Of a stretch of DNA of 64,000 nt, positions 43,621 to 60,365 are shown piece after piece. The notes under the pieces are model-generated. The model was given only the letters and a program-made list of their open reading frames with translations, did no database searches and was not told where the DNA came from. The position numbers were made by a program, and so were the translations under genes. Location: the NCBI RefSeq assembly GCF_009914755.1, contig NC_060936.1, one strand, 5' to 3'. The stretch is from the human T2T-CHM13v2.0 reference genome, Homo sapiens. How positions within the stretch are numbered: position 1 is the first letter of the stretch; every line of letters begins with the position of its first letter.

Positions 43621-43715
43621 TATATCAGGAGTTTGACCATCTCTTGGAGGAGCAGTCTCCCATCGAGTCCTACATTGAGTGGCTGGATACCATGGTTGAC
43701 CGCTGTGTTGTGAAG
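43621..43715 (+). CDS. RFX4: RFX4 exon ~12 (95 nt): [31 protein letters not shown]
   Basis: ttgacag|TA ... AAG|gttggt; ORF 43614..43805. Confidence 0.96.
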
Positions 43716-44035
43716 GTTGGTAAACCGGCACCTAGCGGGCAGCCTTGGGCCCTGCAGCCCACCACTGCCCTCTGTGAACTTGGCCAAGACAAAGCCCTAT
43801 GGTAAGCTATCTGAACAGGGTTTTGAGGAGAGGCCCCAGGAGGTGGAGGGGTCAGGAGGCAGGACTCTTGAGTCTTCCATCCCTGATTCAACCAGGTCAG
43901 CATCTCTTTTATCTGCTCTATACACTGAGTCTTGGTATAAGATTTCATTTTTTAAAGTTTTTTTGCTGCTACAAACAAAACAAAAACCATTGCTCCATAG
44001 CATTGACTTTGAAGACCATAAGCCTTCCTGTCATT

Positions 44036-44366
<331 letters not shown>

Positions 44367-44419
44367 TAATAAATGAAAGGTCAAGTCGACCACTATTAAA
44401 GCCATTTACTTTCTTGTAG

Positions 44420-44537
44420 GTGGCTGCCAAGAGACAAGGGTCCTTGAAGAAAGTGGCCCAGCAGTTCCTCTTGATGTGGTCCTGTTTCGGCACAAGGGTG
44501 ATCCGGGACATGACCTTGCACAGCGCCCCCAGCTTCG
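44420..44537 (+). CDS. RFX4: RFX4 exon ~13 (118 nt), dimerization domain: VAAKRQ...[12 protein letters not shown]
   Basis: cttgtag|GTG ... TTC G|gtaagg; RFX motif FLLxWS..IRDxTLxSAxSFG. Confidence 0.97.
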
Positions 44538-46797
44538 GTAAGGCCACCCCAGCCCTCCCCATCTCCAAGCACTTTTTCCTCTGGGCACGGAGCCCAGAGG
44601 AATCTACCACAGTCTAACTTGCTGTTTCTGCAAGGTCATCACCCTGAAACACATCTCTTCTGGGGAGACATGACATTGTTAGGACTTTCAGGGAGAGAGA
44701 TGGCATTACATGCTAAAGGTGGAGTATCAATCTGAAAATGAGTGGTTTTGCCCACAGATAGTACTATCTGAGCTTAAAGAAGAATAAATTGCAGTGGCTG
44801 TACTCCCCATGCCTAGATGTTCCCAGTGATTGCTGCTTCCAAAGCACAATTTCATAGAATCCCGTATTTGTGCACTTCCCAAGACTGGGCACATGAAGAA
44901 ACCTCTGAGTTTGAACACTTGCAAATGGCTTGATTGACCATACTCTTGCTGTGGGCAGATGACCTTAAGTTTTCTTTAAAAATGTACTCTAGTCTAATCC
45001 CTAAAAGAGGGCATTTGCATTCACTTTCCCTTTTGTTTCACTGACCCTTTAAGTCTTCATCACCTCCAGGAGATATCCCCACCTCAAGTCTTCATCTGCT
45101 GCTTTCTAGTATAACAGGGCTTGAAATCTCTGCCCAAAGGTACTGATAACAGTCTCTGCGGGCAGCAACCTGATTACTGAATCGGGGTGAATGTTATGAT
45201 ACATTGTAGGACAGTTTTCTACTTTTCACCAGAAAGAAAGCAGTATGTACTGAGTCCAGGTCATCATTGGCAAACTGAGATGGGACTTTTAGGCATTATC
45301 CAGACATTTGAAATCCCAAAACATTTTGGTTTCAATTTTCTAGGCATTTTCGGCAAAGGGGCATTGGTAAATTTTCTGGGTAATTGCTTCAGTTCTCTAT
45401 TTCCCTTTGCAAGTAAGGGTTGTGGTTTTGTTTCTCATTATCTCCAATTAAGCCAATCAGCTCTGGGTTTTGCTGTGGGTTTAATTTGACACTTTTCCAT
45501 CTAGCTTTTTATGGTCTTGTCACCATTTTCCAGTTGTGCTATACAACGAAGTAAATATGTGGGAAAACAAAGAAGGCACTATTTTTTCTAAACAGCCCTG
45601 TCCATGAAAGACTGTGTTTACCCACTTGGAGAAGTGTTTTGTTGTGGATTTCTTTAATCTCAGCATTGGAAGGTTCTCTGAACCTGCCTGCACCATGGCT
45701 ACAGATGGAAATTCTCTTTGAGCTGTATATGGAAATGCTCTGCTGACTGCTACCTGGGCAGTGCCATCAGGCATGGCATTTTGATGACTTCCAGTTCAGC
45801 ACAGTTAGTGTTAGCACATGTTACCTCTAGCTCTGGAAAAATCATTCATGCAGAACTGTTTTCCCTTAAGTGAACTGTTGGAAAATATTTGAGATTTCTT
45901 CATTGCTTCCAAGTCAGAGAATCAACAATATCACACACAAACACACATATCCACATCCACACAGCGAGCATCCTCTCCATGCTTTATCCTTTACTCTTCA
46001 ATTTGCTTATTCTTAAACTGACCACGTATGGTAGCAGGTGCCTTTCATTAGACAGGGAAAGTAATTCCCTTGCAATATTCTTTGAAATTCATCTGTGCTT
46101 ACTGAGTTAACAGTCAATGTAAAAAAGAAAGCTTGAGCAGGAGAATGATTAGGCTTTATGAATGGGTTGAATTTATTACTAAGAAATATGGTTCCTTGAA
46201 ATGTGTTTCTTTTTGAACCACACACTCTTTTGGGATAGATATACTGGAAACTCAGGCAAATGGCAAAAAAAGATGATCACAAATCACTTAGAAAAGGAGA
46301 AAAAGAGATATTAACCCAGTCTCAGTTTTACAGTATTTCTCAACCCTGAGTGGGTTGAAATAATACCTGTCTCCAAGTCCATTTAGCAAACTATCTGAAA
46401 TGGCCCAGCTCATCTGACTCATTGTTGAATTTTGCAGCTTGGGGTGACAGGCAAGTTAAAAGAGTTTGCAGCAGACAAAAGCCCAGCTCCCCCTTTCTGC
46501 TTATATATGTCAAAGACCCAGTTGGTGGTTGTGTTTGGGTCATGTGTTCCCTGTATGAAAACAGCTAATTAGGAAAAAGAGCCCTCTGTTCCTTGGTCCC
46601 CTCCCCCAGCCACAGGGGCCAGCTCTATATATCTTATAACTCCCACATGGTCCTTGTCGCTGTGAATGGGTACAGGGTTTGTGTGTCAGCGTAGCAGGCT
46701 GACCATTACAATGATCGTGTGGAATATCACAATGATCCTGTAGGGGACTCTATCACCTCTTCCCAGAACAGCCTCTTTCAAAGGTAGTTGACTCCTT

Positions 46798-46846
46798 TCT
46801 TCTCCTTAATTCCTTTTCACTCTCTTCTCCTTAATTCTTTTTCACT
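46798..46846 (+). repeat. Tandem duplication, period 25
   Basis: tcttctccttaattc(c/t)ttttcact x2. Confidence 0.9.
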
Positions 46847-48400
46847 GAAAGAACCTATGCTGTGAACTAAAGTAGCCAGACTTTCTTTCTTTGCTGCAAG
46901 CAGTGTTTCTAGCAAAATTAGTTACCAAAGGTAGGCTATCAGGCAAACTTTTAGTCCTAATGAAGCAGAGCAAATCAAAGTTTTGTTTTTAAAAAACACC
47001 ATCTTTTTAGTCGACTGATCTGATTTCAGTTCCTAGAGTACCTAGATCTCAAGTTGGTGCCAGCGCCTTTACCTTTTCATTCTGGGTTTTCAGCAAATGC
47101 CTGCTTATCTCACTGTTATGAACATCTGGAAGGTAATAATAGTTCCCGGAAGTACTCCAGCATATATCAGTTTATAAAGCAGCCTGGGTGTGACAGCTGA
47201 GGGGCACAATTGCACAACACTTCCACAGTTTCACTTTTTTACACACCTGTTGTCTGACCTAGCATCAAAGCTCACTCACTTGGGCAGGGCTGGGGAGACC
47301 ATGTGGGCATGTGTCAGGGAGCGGCTCCCAGAACAAGAGGCCATGACCAAGCCTTCCCAACTGCTTCTCTATGCTTAGATGGCCTGGCCCAGCTCTCTTT
47401 TAGACAGAATCTGCTAAATTGCAGGACCTTAATGTTCGCAATGTCATTCAGGCCCCCACCAAGCACTAAGAGACAGGAATTGCTTTCCCTGTAGTCAGGA
47501 GTGGAAGTAAAAACCCAGAGAAGAGAGGACTTGCGTGTGGACTCAGGGAAGTGGCAGATTGAATTCAACCCGCAATTGTTCCCATGCTAAAGCTGGAGTT
47601 TTTTTCTGCCATGCTACACTGCCACCACCTCATTTACCTTTCTTTAGGTAAAAGAAAATTAATAACAACACAGAAACATGTATTGAGGGCCGAATATACT
47701 TTAGACATTACATTTTCTCAATTACTTCTCACACAACCCCGTGAGGTCTGAATTACTGCCCTCAATATGACAGACCAGGAAGCTGAGGTAGTACTTGAAG
47801 GATTTGCTTAACATTAGAGATAAGAATGAAGCAAAGACAAGATAATGATGACTATTATAAGAAATATTTTGGAAGCACATACTATCATTGAATTCTTGCA
47901 TTAACTCTGCAATGTAGGTAATAATAGACACTTTCTAAAGAGGTGAGAAGGGAGCTTGGAGAATTTCCTTGCACAAGATCAATGCAGCAAATGTCAGAAT
48001 TCTGTTTCAAAATCAAACCTGCCTGACCGCAAAGCCCATTCCTTTTTGATTATCACAATTAAGGCAAATACTCTGGGCTCAGATGCATGCCACAATAGAG
48101 CTAGAAAAATTTATTTAATCCACATTGATGGTATTAATATTTTTAAAATATCCATGGATTAAGATTTAAAAATTTAAAGCTATGAGAGAAAAGAATAATT
48201 ATTAGACTGTCATGAGCAGTAAGAGATGCCAGAAGACAATGGAGTAATATCTTTTAAGTGTTGAGAACAAAGAACTGTCAACTATTATTCAAGAGTGAGG
48301 GCAAAATAAAGACATAATCAGTTATACAAAGACAGAATTTGGCACCCACAGATGTTCACTTAAAAAAACAACAACAAAAAACTATTAAAGGATGCATTTC

Positions 48401-48688
48401 AGCTGGGCGCGATGGCTCACACCTGTAATCCTAGCACTTTGGGAGGTGGATTCCCTGAGGTCAGGAGTTTGAGACCAGCCTGGACAACATGGTGAAACCC
48501 CGTCTCTACTAAAAATACAAAAATTAGCCGGGTGTGGTGGCGGGTGCCTATAATCTTAGCTACTCGGGAGGCTGAGGCAGGAGAATCGCTTGAACCCACG
48601 GGGGCAGAGGTTGCAGTGAGTCGAGATGGCACCACTGAACTCCAGCCTGGGTGACGGAGTGAGACTCCATCTCAAAAAAAAAAAAAAA
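48401..48688 (+). mobile_element. AluS
   Basis: Dimer with small left-arm deletion. Confidence 0.93.
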
Positions 48689-48724
48689 GCCATAGCTGAG
48701 GTCTAGAATACAAGAAACAACAAT

Positions 48725-49022
48725 GTTCTAGTTATTGTTGCCATTGCTGTGTAATAAATTACCTAGGCTTAATGGCTTTAAGACAACCATTTTATTATGT
48801 TTATGGATTTTGCAAGTCAGGATCATGTGTCAGCTCACAGTTCCACGTGCAAGTGCCCCAAATGTGAAGTCACTTTGCTTTTATGATCCCTTCTTAGATA
48901 CAGTGTAACTTCCCTCATACTCTATTGGTCAAAGGCAGTCCCAAGCCTACCATGAGTCAAGGAGGCGCACAGACCCCAATTGTTAATGGACGGCACATCA
49001 AAGAATTTAGGGACCCTGTTTT
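48725..49022. mobile_element. MLT1 (MaLR) LTR fragment
   Basis: attgctgtgtaataaattacc..tggctttaagacaaccatttt. Confidence 0.65.
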
Positions 49023-49067
49023 AAGATGAAAGAAATTTAAAAATATGTAAACATATTTAATTAACTA

Positions 49068-50341
<1,274 letters not shown>

Positions 50342-50441
50342 AATAAAGAAATATACAACTCATTTTACAAAGCTAACATAATCTCGATTTCAAAATCTGG
50401 CAAGAAAAGCAGAGGAAAAGAAAATTATGACTCAACCACAC

Positions 50442-50732
<291 letters not shown>

Positions 50733-51257
50733 TACACACATTTTTTCCATAGGTGAAAAAAATTCTAAATAAAACACTAGCAGATCAAATTTAGTGGCAA
50801 AATTTTTTAAATCAATATTAGACTATGCCAAAAATCCTAGTAGGAAAAATTACCAATTAACATACTATATTAATAAAAAGAGAAGAATCATAAAATCATC
50901 ATTATAGATACAGAGAAAAAAAGCATTTGATACATTTCAGCTCTCAGGTATGGTTTTTAAAAAACCTTTTAGCAAACTAGGAATAGAAGGGAATTTAATA
51001 TCTTAAAGGGCATCTACAAGTCTGCAGCAAACATCACACTTAATGGCGAAATGTTAGAAAATTTCCCATTTCTATCATGAAAAGACAGGAATGCCTTCTA
51101 ATATGATATCTAATAAATATGTACTGGAGGTCCTAGCCAATGCCTTAAGAAAAGAAAATGAAATAGAAGAATTAGAAAGGAAAACACAAAATTGTCTTTA
51201 TTTATAGATGTCATGATTGCTGGCAAAAGAGAATCCACAAACTAATAGAACCAATGA

Positions 51258-51578
<321 letters not shown>

Positions 51579-54273
51579 CCTGAATTCAGTTTTTATAAAA
51601 TCATTGGCATTCTTAATTTCACTAACTCGAAAATATAACTTAAAACATACACATTCACACAATTCATAATAGCAAAAGAAACTAAAATGTACCTAGAAAT
51701 AATTCTAACAAAAAATTGGTGGTGATTACACTGGTGTTCATTTTAGAATTCTCTATATTTTTCTATGATGCATATTTTTCATAAGAAAGATGAAATGCTT
51801 TGATTCTACCAAATGCAATCAACTATATTACCATATAACAATAACAAAATAAAATCTCCTTTTGTCTCTAATCCTAATGCCTTTTTCCATAACAGGCTCT
51901 GCTGCTCCCTAGCTCTGTGACTTTAAGCAAGTTATTCAAGCCCTCTGAGCCTTCATGTCCTCATGTATTAACTGAAGATAATACCTTCTTTGCAGTGTTG
52001 TTGAGAAGTTAAAAGAGCTTACTTAGCGCGGTGCATATGGAAGTAGTCAATGCTTGCCTATTTGATTCATACATCTAACACATATCCATTGAGTCTCTAT
52101 TGTGTGCCTGGCAATGTTGTAGTCACTGGGTATAAAGCACTGGTCAAGACAGAAAAATCTCTGCAAGATAGAGCTTACAATCTAGTGGAGGAGGCATGCA
52201 ATAACAATTAAGTTAAATACAGGTTATAGTATTTAACTTCGATGGTGAGAAATGCTAAGGAGATAAATAAAGTGGGATGTTCGCTGTAACTGCCTCTCTC
52301 CTCTTGTCTTTGGTGTCTCTCTGTCTCTCTCATCAGTCTTTCTGTATCTCCTTTTCATTTTCCTGTCTTCATCGATATTCACTATCCTCATCGCTGCGAC
52401 ACTCTGGCAATGAACTGTTTACTGCCCAATAATCTTAATGATTAATTTCTGCTTAGTAAGAACACTTAGCTTCTGTGGAGTCTGAGACTGAGCTTTATGC
52501 CTCCTTTGTACTCAGAGCACTTAGCACAATGGTAAGCAGGTAGCAGTAGCTCTACAAACTCTTGTTGTTTGAAGGATTAAAATTTAGAATGGAAAATTAA
52601 CAGACAAACTGGTAGCTGATCAGAGGCATTAATGAAGAGAGCTTGAAGGCCCATGTCAAATCCGCACTTTCCCTAAAGTACCGGCTTCCAAGTTCAGCTC
52701 TGATGTTTTCTAAGAGTAATCTTAGGCAAGTTTCTTCACCTCATCAGATCTTTGTTTCCTTGTCTTATAAAACAAGAGAATGGTATAAAATGATTTCTAA
52801 GTTGTTTGTTCATCCTAAAACTACTGGTTTGGATTTTTATCATCCAAGCTTTCCATGCTAATTCATTATTTCATAGTACATTTCTCTCTTTCTATCCATG
52901 TTGACTTTAGATCAACATCCCAGCAAGTAATTTCTTCATTTTGGAGACCCTTTCCTTATTTGATGCTATCTTTTGACTTGTTTGACTCTATGAACAAAAC
53001 AATCATGTCATGAGATCTTAGAACATAGCAGCAAAAGGGATCTTAGCAATAATAATAATAGCTACCAATTATTAAGCATCTAATATACACTTTTACTCAT
53101 TTTAGTACTTCTGTAATGTACATTTTACTGTCCTTTTGGAGAGCTGTAGCACATAACGATTGAGGAGCAACTTCAGAGTCAGACAGTCCAGGGTTCAAGT
53201 CTTGGTTCTGCCGCTTAATGACTGTGTGACATTAGACAGCTACTTTACCTCCCTAAGCCTCACTTTCTTCCTTTGTAAAAGGAAAGTATCACTTATCTCA
53301 CATGGTTGTGATGAGGATTAAATGCCAAAATAAATCTCTGGTGGTTTACACAGTGGCTGCCACAGAGGCAGAGGTCAATAAATGTCAGATTTTGTTTTCA
53401 GTATTTATAAGGATTAGGGAGGGTAAAGGAACTCATCTAAAGTCTAAGCTACTAAGTGGCAGAGCTAGGATCTCAACCTGGGCAGTTTGATCAACAGCGC
53501 ATGTAATTACCCACACAGTGCTGTACCTCCTCAGTGGTTCACAGGATCCCATTTCAGAGAAACAGTTGGAAAGTTTAGTTTTAGAGACTGCATCTCACAG
53601 TGATTGAGCAGAACCTGGACTTTGCTGAATACCAAATGGCATTGAAAAACAGACATAGTACTGGAGATGGAAGAAGGATGTGAAGGAGGTGCAGGACAGT
53701 GGACCTTGGCCTTGAGCTCTGTGGGAACAAGGACAGGAGTTTATGGCAGGCTGTAGAGAGAGGGGGTCATGTTCATGACCTGCTGAGCATCTAGTGGCCT
53801 TACAGTTAAGCCAGGGATCTTCCTCTCTAGCCTTTCTAGACCAAAAGAATTAACTGATCTGAGATGAAGGGTGTGGGTGTATACAGAAGCCAGGTGCAGT
53901 TAAGGAGAAAATACATAAATTTCACCAAGGAGTGCTCCACAAGCCCCCAACTAGCCTCCACTACCTTATGTCTGAGACTTGGAGAGACCTAGCTCCCAGC
54001 TCAAGTGGCCCCTGTAGGGGCCAAGTCACTTATGCCATCTGGGCCTTATTTTCTCATCTGTGCTATGAACATATTGAACTAAATGACTTATAGGGGAATG
54101 GGAACAGATTACGGAGCCAGACCAAACTGAGGCAAATCCCTACTTGATTACTAATGAAGAGACTCATTTCCTCATCGGTAAGGGAGGATAATACCATCTA
54201 CCTCACAGTTTGTTGTAAGGAAGAAACATATGTTCAGTGCTTAGCAGAGTTTTTGGTACAGAGTAAACACTCA

Positions 54274-54687
<414 letters not shown>

Positions 54688-55790
54688 CTAGAAGGAAATG
54701 GGAAAAAAGCAAACAGTATACTGGTCAGCTTGGAGAGAGGTGAGAAGTTTTGGACATTTTAAAGGGACTGCAGGATATCTACATGGAGATGTCCTATTGG
54801 GACCTGGAAACATGGGATGGGAGATAAAGGCTTGGCCCCTCTCTCTGACCCTGGGTCCATGAGGCCTTGATTACAGTAGACATTAACTGAGCCCCTACCG
54901 AAGGTGCACCATTCCACTGTGCATGGTAGCAGCATGACATGCAAAAAAAAGCTGGTTTTGAAATAATGTATTATCTATTAATCGTGTCATCTTGCATAAG
55001 TGCTTGGCCTGCAAAATAAGAATAAAAATACCCACCTTGCCACATGGTTGTAGTTATTAAATTAGAGAAGATAAGACTTTGAGCACAGAGACTGGCATAT
55101 AGGAAAGTCTTTAAAAATGACTGTTCACATTCCCTTTTACAAAATAATCTACTCTAAATTGAAAAATGAAGACTGCCACTTGAAAAGACCAACTATTTTT
55201 AATGAATTACCTTTTCTAAGAACCATGTGCTAAATGAGGTCTTGAAAACATTTAGGGAAATAAGTAAATAACTTGTTGCAGATTTAAATTTTCAAATTGG
55301 CTCCTAGAATTATGTCAGGTACATTAGTAGATAGCAATACAAGGCAAAGTCCCTGCCATGGACATACTTAAAGTCCAATTGGGGGAATAATATGCTGGTG
55401 GAAGAGATAAAAATGAGAGACACTATGTTAATAAATGCCGAAGAGAGTGAGCGGTGCTCACATGAGGATGAGGCCAGTGGGTAAGCAAGAGCTCAGAGAT
55501 GGCTCGGTGGGTGCCATTTTTGATGGTGTCATACTGATATAACTTCAGCAAGGAAAAGATTCACTTGCCACAAAGTGTTAATGACACTTACCTTATGCCA
55601 AGCACTAGGCTAAGGTGAGGATACAGCCAAGAACTGCAACCTATGACCATGAGGAGATCATAATTGAGTGGAAAATTAGACTCTTGAGCAGAGCATTTAG
55701 AACACTGTGTAACTTGTGCAGTTGACCAGACAGAGGGGGCATACACGAGACAGCACGACTTACTTTCTGTTTGATCCTTTTTTTCACCAG

Positions 55791-55910
55791 GGTCTTTTCA
55801 CCTAATTCACTTAATGTTTGATGACTACGTGCTCTACCTGTTAGAATCTCTGCACTGTCAGGAGCGGGCCAATGAGCTCATGCGAGCCATGAAGGGAGAA
55901 GGAAGCACTG
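55791..55910 (+). CDS. RFX4: RFX4 exon ~14 (120 nt): [40 protein letters not shown]
   Basis: tttcaccag|GG ... ACT G|gtaagc. Confidence 0.97.
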
Positions 55911-56077
55911 GTAAGCCAGCATTTTCCTGGGAATTGCACCACTTGGTAATGTTATTTGTATCCTTACTTCTGTGCTTTATGTTTCTTTAACTCTGTATCT
56001 CAAAGAATTTAGTTATGGTGAACAGGTTAAGTGGTATCAAACCAATCATGTCTTTTTCCTCTTTAAAGTGGGCATGT

Positions 56078-56402
<325 letters not shown>

Positions 56403-56584
56403 AAAGTGGGCATATTTATATACAGAAATTGCCTTGAGTGTCATGATGGTGATGGGAAACCATCGAAGAGTTTGACAAGAGAGTGACATCACACAGATTA
56501 GAATAATATTTCACTTTTTAAAGTCTTTTAGAGACACTTGCCTTTACATTTGGTTTTAAAAACTTACCCTATCTCTATCCACAG

Positions 56585-56746
56585 CAGAAGTCCGAGAAGA
56601 GATCATCTTGACAGAGGCTGCCGCACCAACCCCTTCACCAGTGCCATCGTTTTCTCCAGCAAAATCTGCCACATCTGTGGAAGTGCCACCTCCCTCTTCC
56701 CCTGTTAGCAATCCTTCCCCTGAGTACACTGGCCTCAGCACTACAG
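56585..56746 (+). CDS. RFX4: RFX4 exon ~15 (162 nt), Pro/Ser-rich: [19 protein letters not shown]...TGLSTT
   Basis: ccacag|CA GAA ... ACA G|gtaatg. Confidence 0.95.
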
Positions 56747-56778
56747 GTAATGGAAAGTCCTTCAAAAACTTTGGGTAG
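56747..56778 (+). CDS. RFX4: Read-through C-terminus of a short RFX4 isoform ([10 protein letters not shown])
   Basis: The frame continues past the exon 15 donor to TAG at 56776-56778; agrees with my recollection of a C-truncated isoform. Confidence 0.65.
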
Positions 56779-56802
56779 TTAATGTTTGAAGAAAGGGCTT
56801 TC

Positions 56803-56992
56803 TGCCAGCCTGGGCAACATAGTGAGACTTCATTTCCACACACACAAAAAGCCAGACATCTTGGCTCACACCTGTAGTCCCAGCTACTTGGGAGGCTGAG
56901 GTGGGAGAATTGCTTGAGCCCAGGAGCTACGATCGCACCACTGCATTCTAGCCTTAGTGATACAGTGAGACCTTGTCTCAAAAAAAGAAAAA
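56803..56992 (+). mobile_element. 5'-truncated AluJ
   Basis: TSD agggctttctg on both sides. Confidence 0.88.
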
Positions 56993-57469
56993 CAGGGCTT
57001 TCTGGAAAAACATTCTTCTCCCACAATCTCCAAAAGATAATGCCAAAACCTGGGTATCTTCCTGGATTTGTGAATGACGTACAGGTATTCATTTATTCAT
57101 TGGTACACATTCTGTATGCTGCTGTTTTCAAGTTGGCAAATTAAGCATATGATAAAATCCCAAAACTAAGCCACTGAATTGATTATAATGCTATATAACA
57201 TAAATACACAAACATTTTGAAAACAAGAAAGGGAACTCTCTGAATCAAAAACTGAGCTGCTTTCTTTTTCTCTGGAAAGGGAGGCAGACAGGAAACTTTA
57301 CACTAAGCTATGGCAACCATAAGGAGGCAAGGGCTGTGATGTGAGTGGGTCTTCAGCTAAGCTAGAGCTGCCGGGCACATAGCATGAGGCTGATGCTACC
57401 GTGAGACTGTGTGGAGGCCCACACAGTCCAAGATATGCACAGGAGTCTCATAAGATTAATTTACAACCA

Positions 57470-58300
<831 letters not shown>

Positions 58301-58440
58301 AGTCACCCAAGCATCCGTGGAAGCCCAATTCCATGAAGGAGGAACAACAAACTTAAGAACAGAGAGAGTCTATATCCAAAGGAATGAAGTTAATAGGACA
58401 ACCTGAAAAGTATTGTTAAGATGAGAACTAAAAAGAAATC

Positions 58441-58755
58441 AGCCAGGCATGGTGACTCACCCTGTAATCCCAACACTTTGGGAGGCCAAGGTGGAAGGAT
58501 GTTTTGAAGCCAAGAGTTCGAGACCACTCTGGCCAATATATTGAGACCCCCATCTCTACACAAGCTTTTTAAAAAAGTTAGCTGGGCATGGTGGTGTGCA
58601 CCTGTGGTGGAGGCTGAGATGGGAGGATCATTTGATCGTAGGAGTTCGAGGCTGCAGTGAGCTATGATCAGACCACTGCACTCCAGCCTGGGTGATAGCC
58701 TGTTTAAAAAAAAAAAAAAAAGAAGAAGAAGAAAGAAAGGAAAGAAAGAAGAAAA
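58441..58755 (+). mobile_element. AluJ
   Basis: Diverged dimer with GA-rich tail. Confidence 0.9.
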
Positions 58756-58759
58756 AGAA

Positions 58760-59330
58760 ATCATACCCATGAGAGTCAAGATCTTCAAAAGGAAATATAT
58801 AATTGTTGAAATAATAATTTCAATAGATAGGTTGAATATTAGAAAATTAGATTCAACTGAAAGAGATCAGTAAACCGAAAGACTGAGCTGAGGAGTTCTC
58901 TGATAATGTGGCAAAAAGAAATAGTAAGTATAAAAGTGATGTTAAGAAAAAGGACTGATAAACTCAGAAATTCTAATATTCATTTAATAAGTGTTCCAGA
59001 GAAAGAATAGAGAGAAAGTGAAGATGTAATAGCTGAGAGTTTTATAAAATGGAATAAAGACAAGGCTTTTTAGACCAAAAGCTCTCATTGAACATGTGCT
59101 GAATAAATGGAAAAAAAAATTACCTCTAAGCCCAATGAAGAAAATCAAAGATAAAAGAAATCTTACTAGTTTCCCCAAAGAAAATGTATATAACTTCCAA
59201 AGAAGAGAGAACCAGACTGATAGCAGACTTCTCATTTGCAACATTAGATTCAATACCTGAAACCATACTTTTGAAGTGTAAAGAAAAAAACTGCATTGAA
59301 AGCTTTGGATCTAGAATCCTATATATGTTT
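58760..59330 (+). mobile_element. Ancient L1M ORF1-region fragment
   Basis: accagactgatagcagacttctcatttgcaacattaga. Confidence 0.55.
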
Positions 59331-59749
59331 ATTCATGTATATATGTACACACATGTATTTTTTTTTCCCCCGTGAGGACATTTTATGTGCCAAGTCCTGT
59401 GCTGGGTGCTATGGGAAATAAATAGATTAATATGCCAAGGCCTTGCTACCAAGAGGGAACACAAGGATAAAGAAAAGTACAGAGACAAGTGTTATGGAAG
59501 GAAGAATGTGGTATATGCAATAAGTGAGATATAAACTAATGCTATGAGGTTCCCAAGGAAGGAGAGATTCTATGTGGCTGGAAGTATCAGGGAAGACCTC
59601 ACAAAGATTCCAGGCTTTATGGAGTGGAGGGCTTGGTCAGGCTATGATAATTAATTCATTACCTTTCCATCCAAACCTGCTCTACTACCCTCCTGTTACC
59701 CAGGCAACAAATACGGGAGTCAGCTTCAAATCTTTCCTCTCCCTCAACT

Positions 59750-60365
59750 CCTGTATTAGTTAGGGTAGGCTAAGCTGGTGTGACAAATAGATCCAAACAC
59801 GGGTGGAGTTAACACAACAGAAATCTATTTCATGCTTGAAGACAGTACTGCTAGGGTATTCAGTCATAAAGGAGGCTCTCTGTAATGCAGTCATTTGGAA
59901 ACACGTGCTCCTTCAATATTAAGCTCCCACATAGCCCAGGGCAGTATTTCCCAAACTGATCCACAGACCAGCAGTATCAGTATCTCTTGGAAACTTATTA
60001 GAAATGCTCTTATCTGGTCCTGCTGCAGACCCAATGAATCAGAAACTCTAGGAGCAGAGCCCAGGAATCTTGTTCAGCAAACTTCCAGGTGATTTTGATG
60101 CTCACTAGGTTAAGGACCACTGCCTGAGGGCTTTGTTAAGTCTGCAACCAGCTGGCAGAAATGGAAAAAGGGCACGGAGGATGAAAACCGACTCTCTTAA
60201 AAGCCCTGGCCTGAAGGTGGCACACGTCACTTCCACTTATATTCCATCAGCGAGGACTTAATCACATGGCCTCATGTAACAGCAAGACAGGCTGGGAAAT
60301 GTAGAATAGCATGTACCCAGGCAGGGAAAGGGGAACAGCTTTGGGGGCAACAGCGGGCATTCTCC
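59750..60365. mobile_element. MLT1 LTR with nested MER5A (about 59940-60125)
   Basis: tgtattagttaggg start; MER5A cagtatttcccaaact...aggaccactg. Confidence 0.7.

Noticed and set aside
56556-57092. 178 aa minus-strand ORF
   Set aside because: It is the antisense of exon 15 joined to an AluJ; no independent coding evidence
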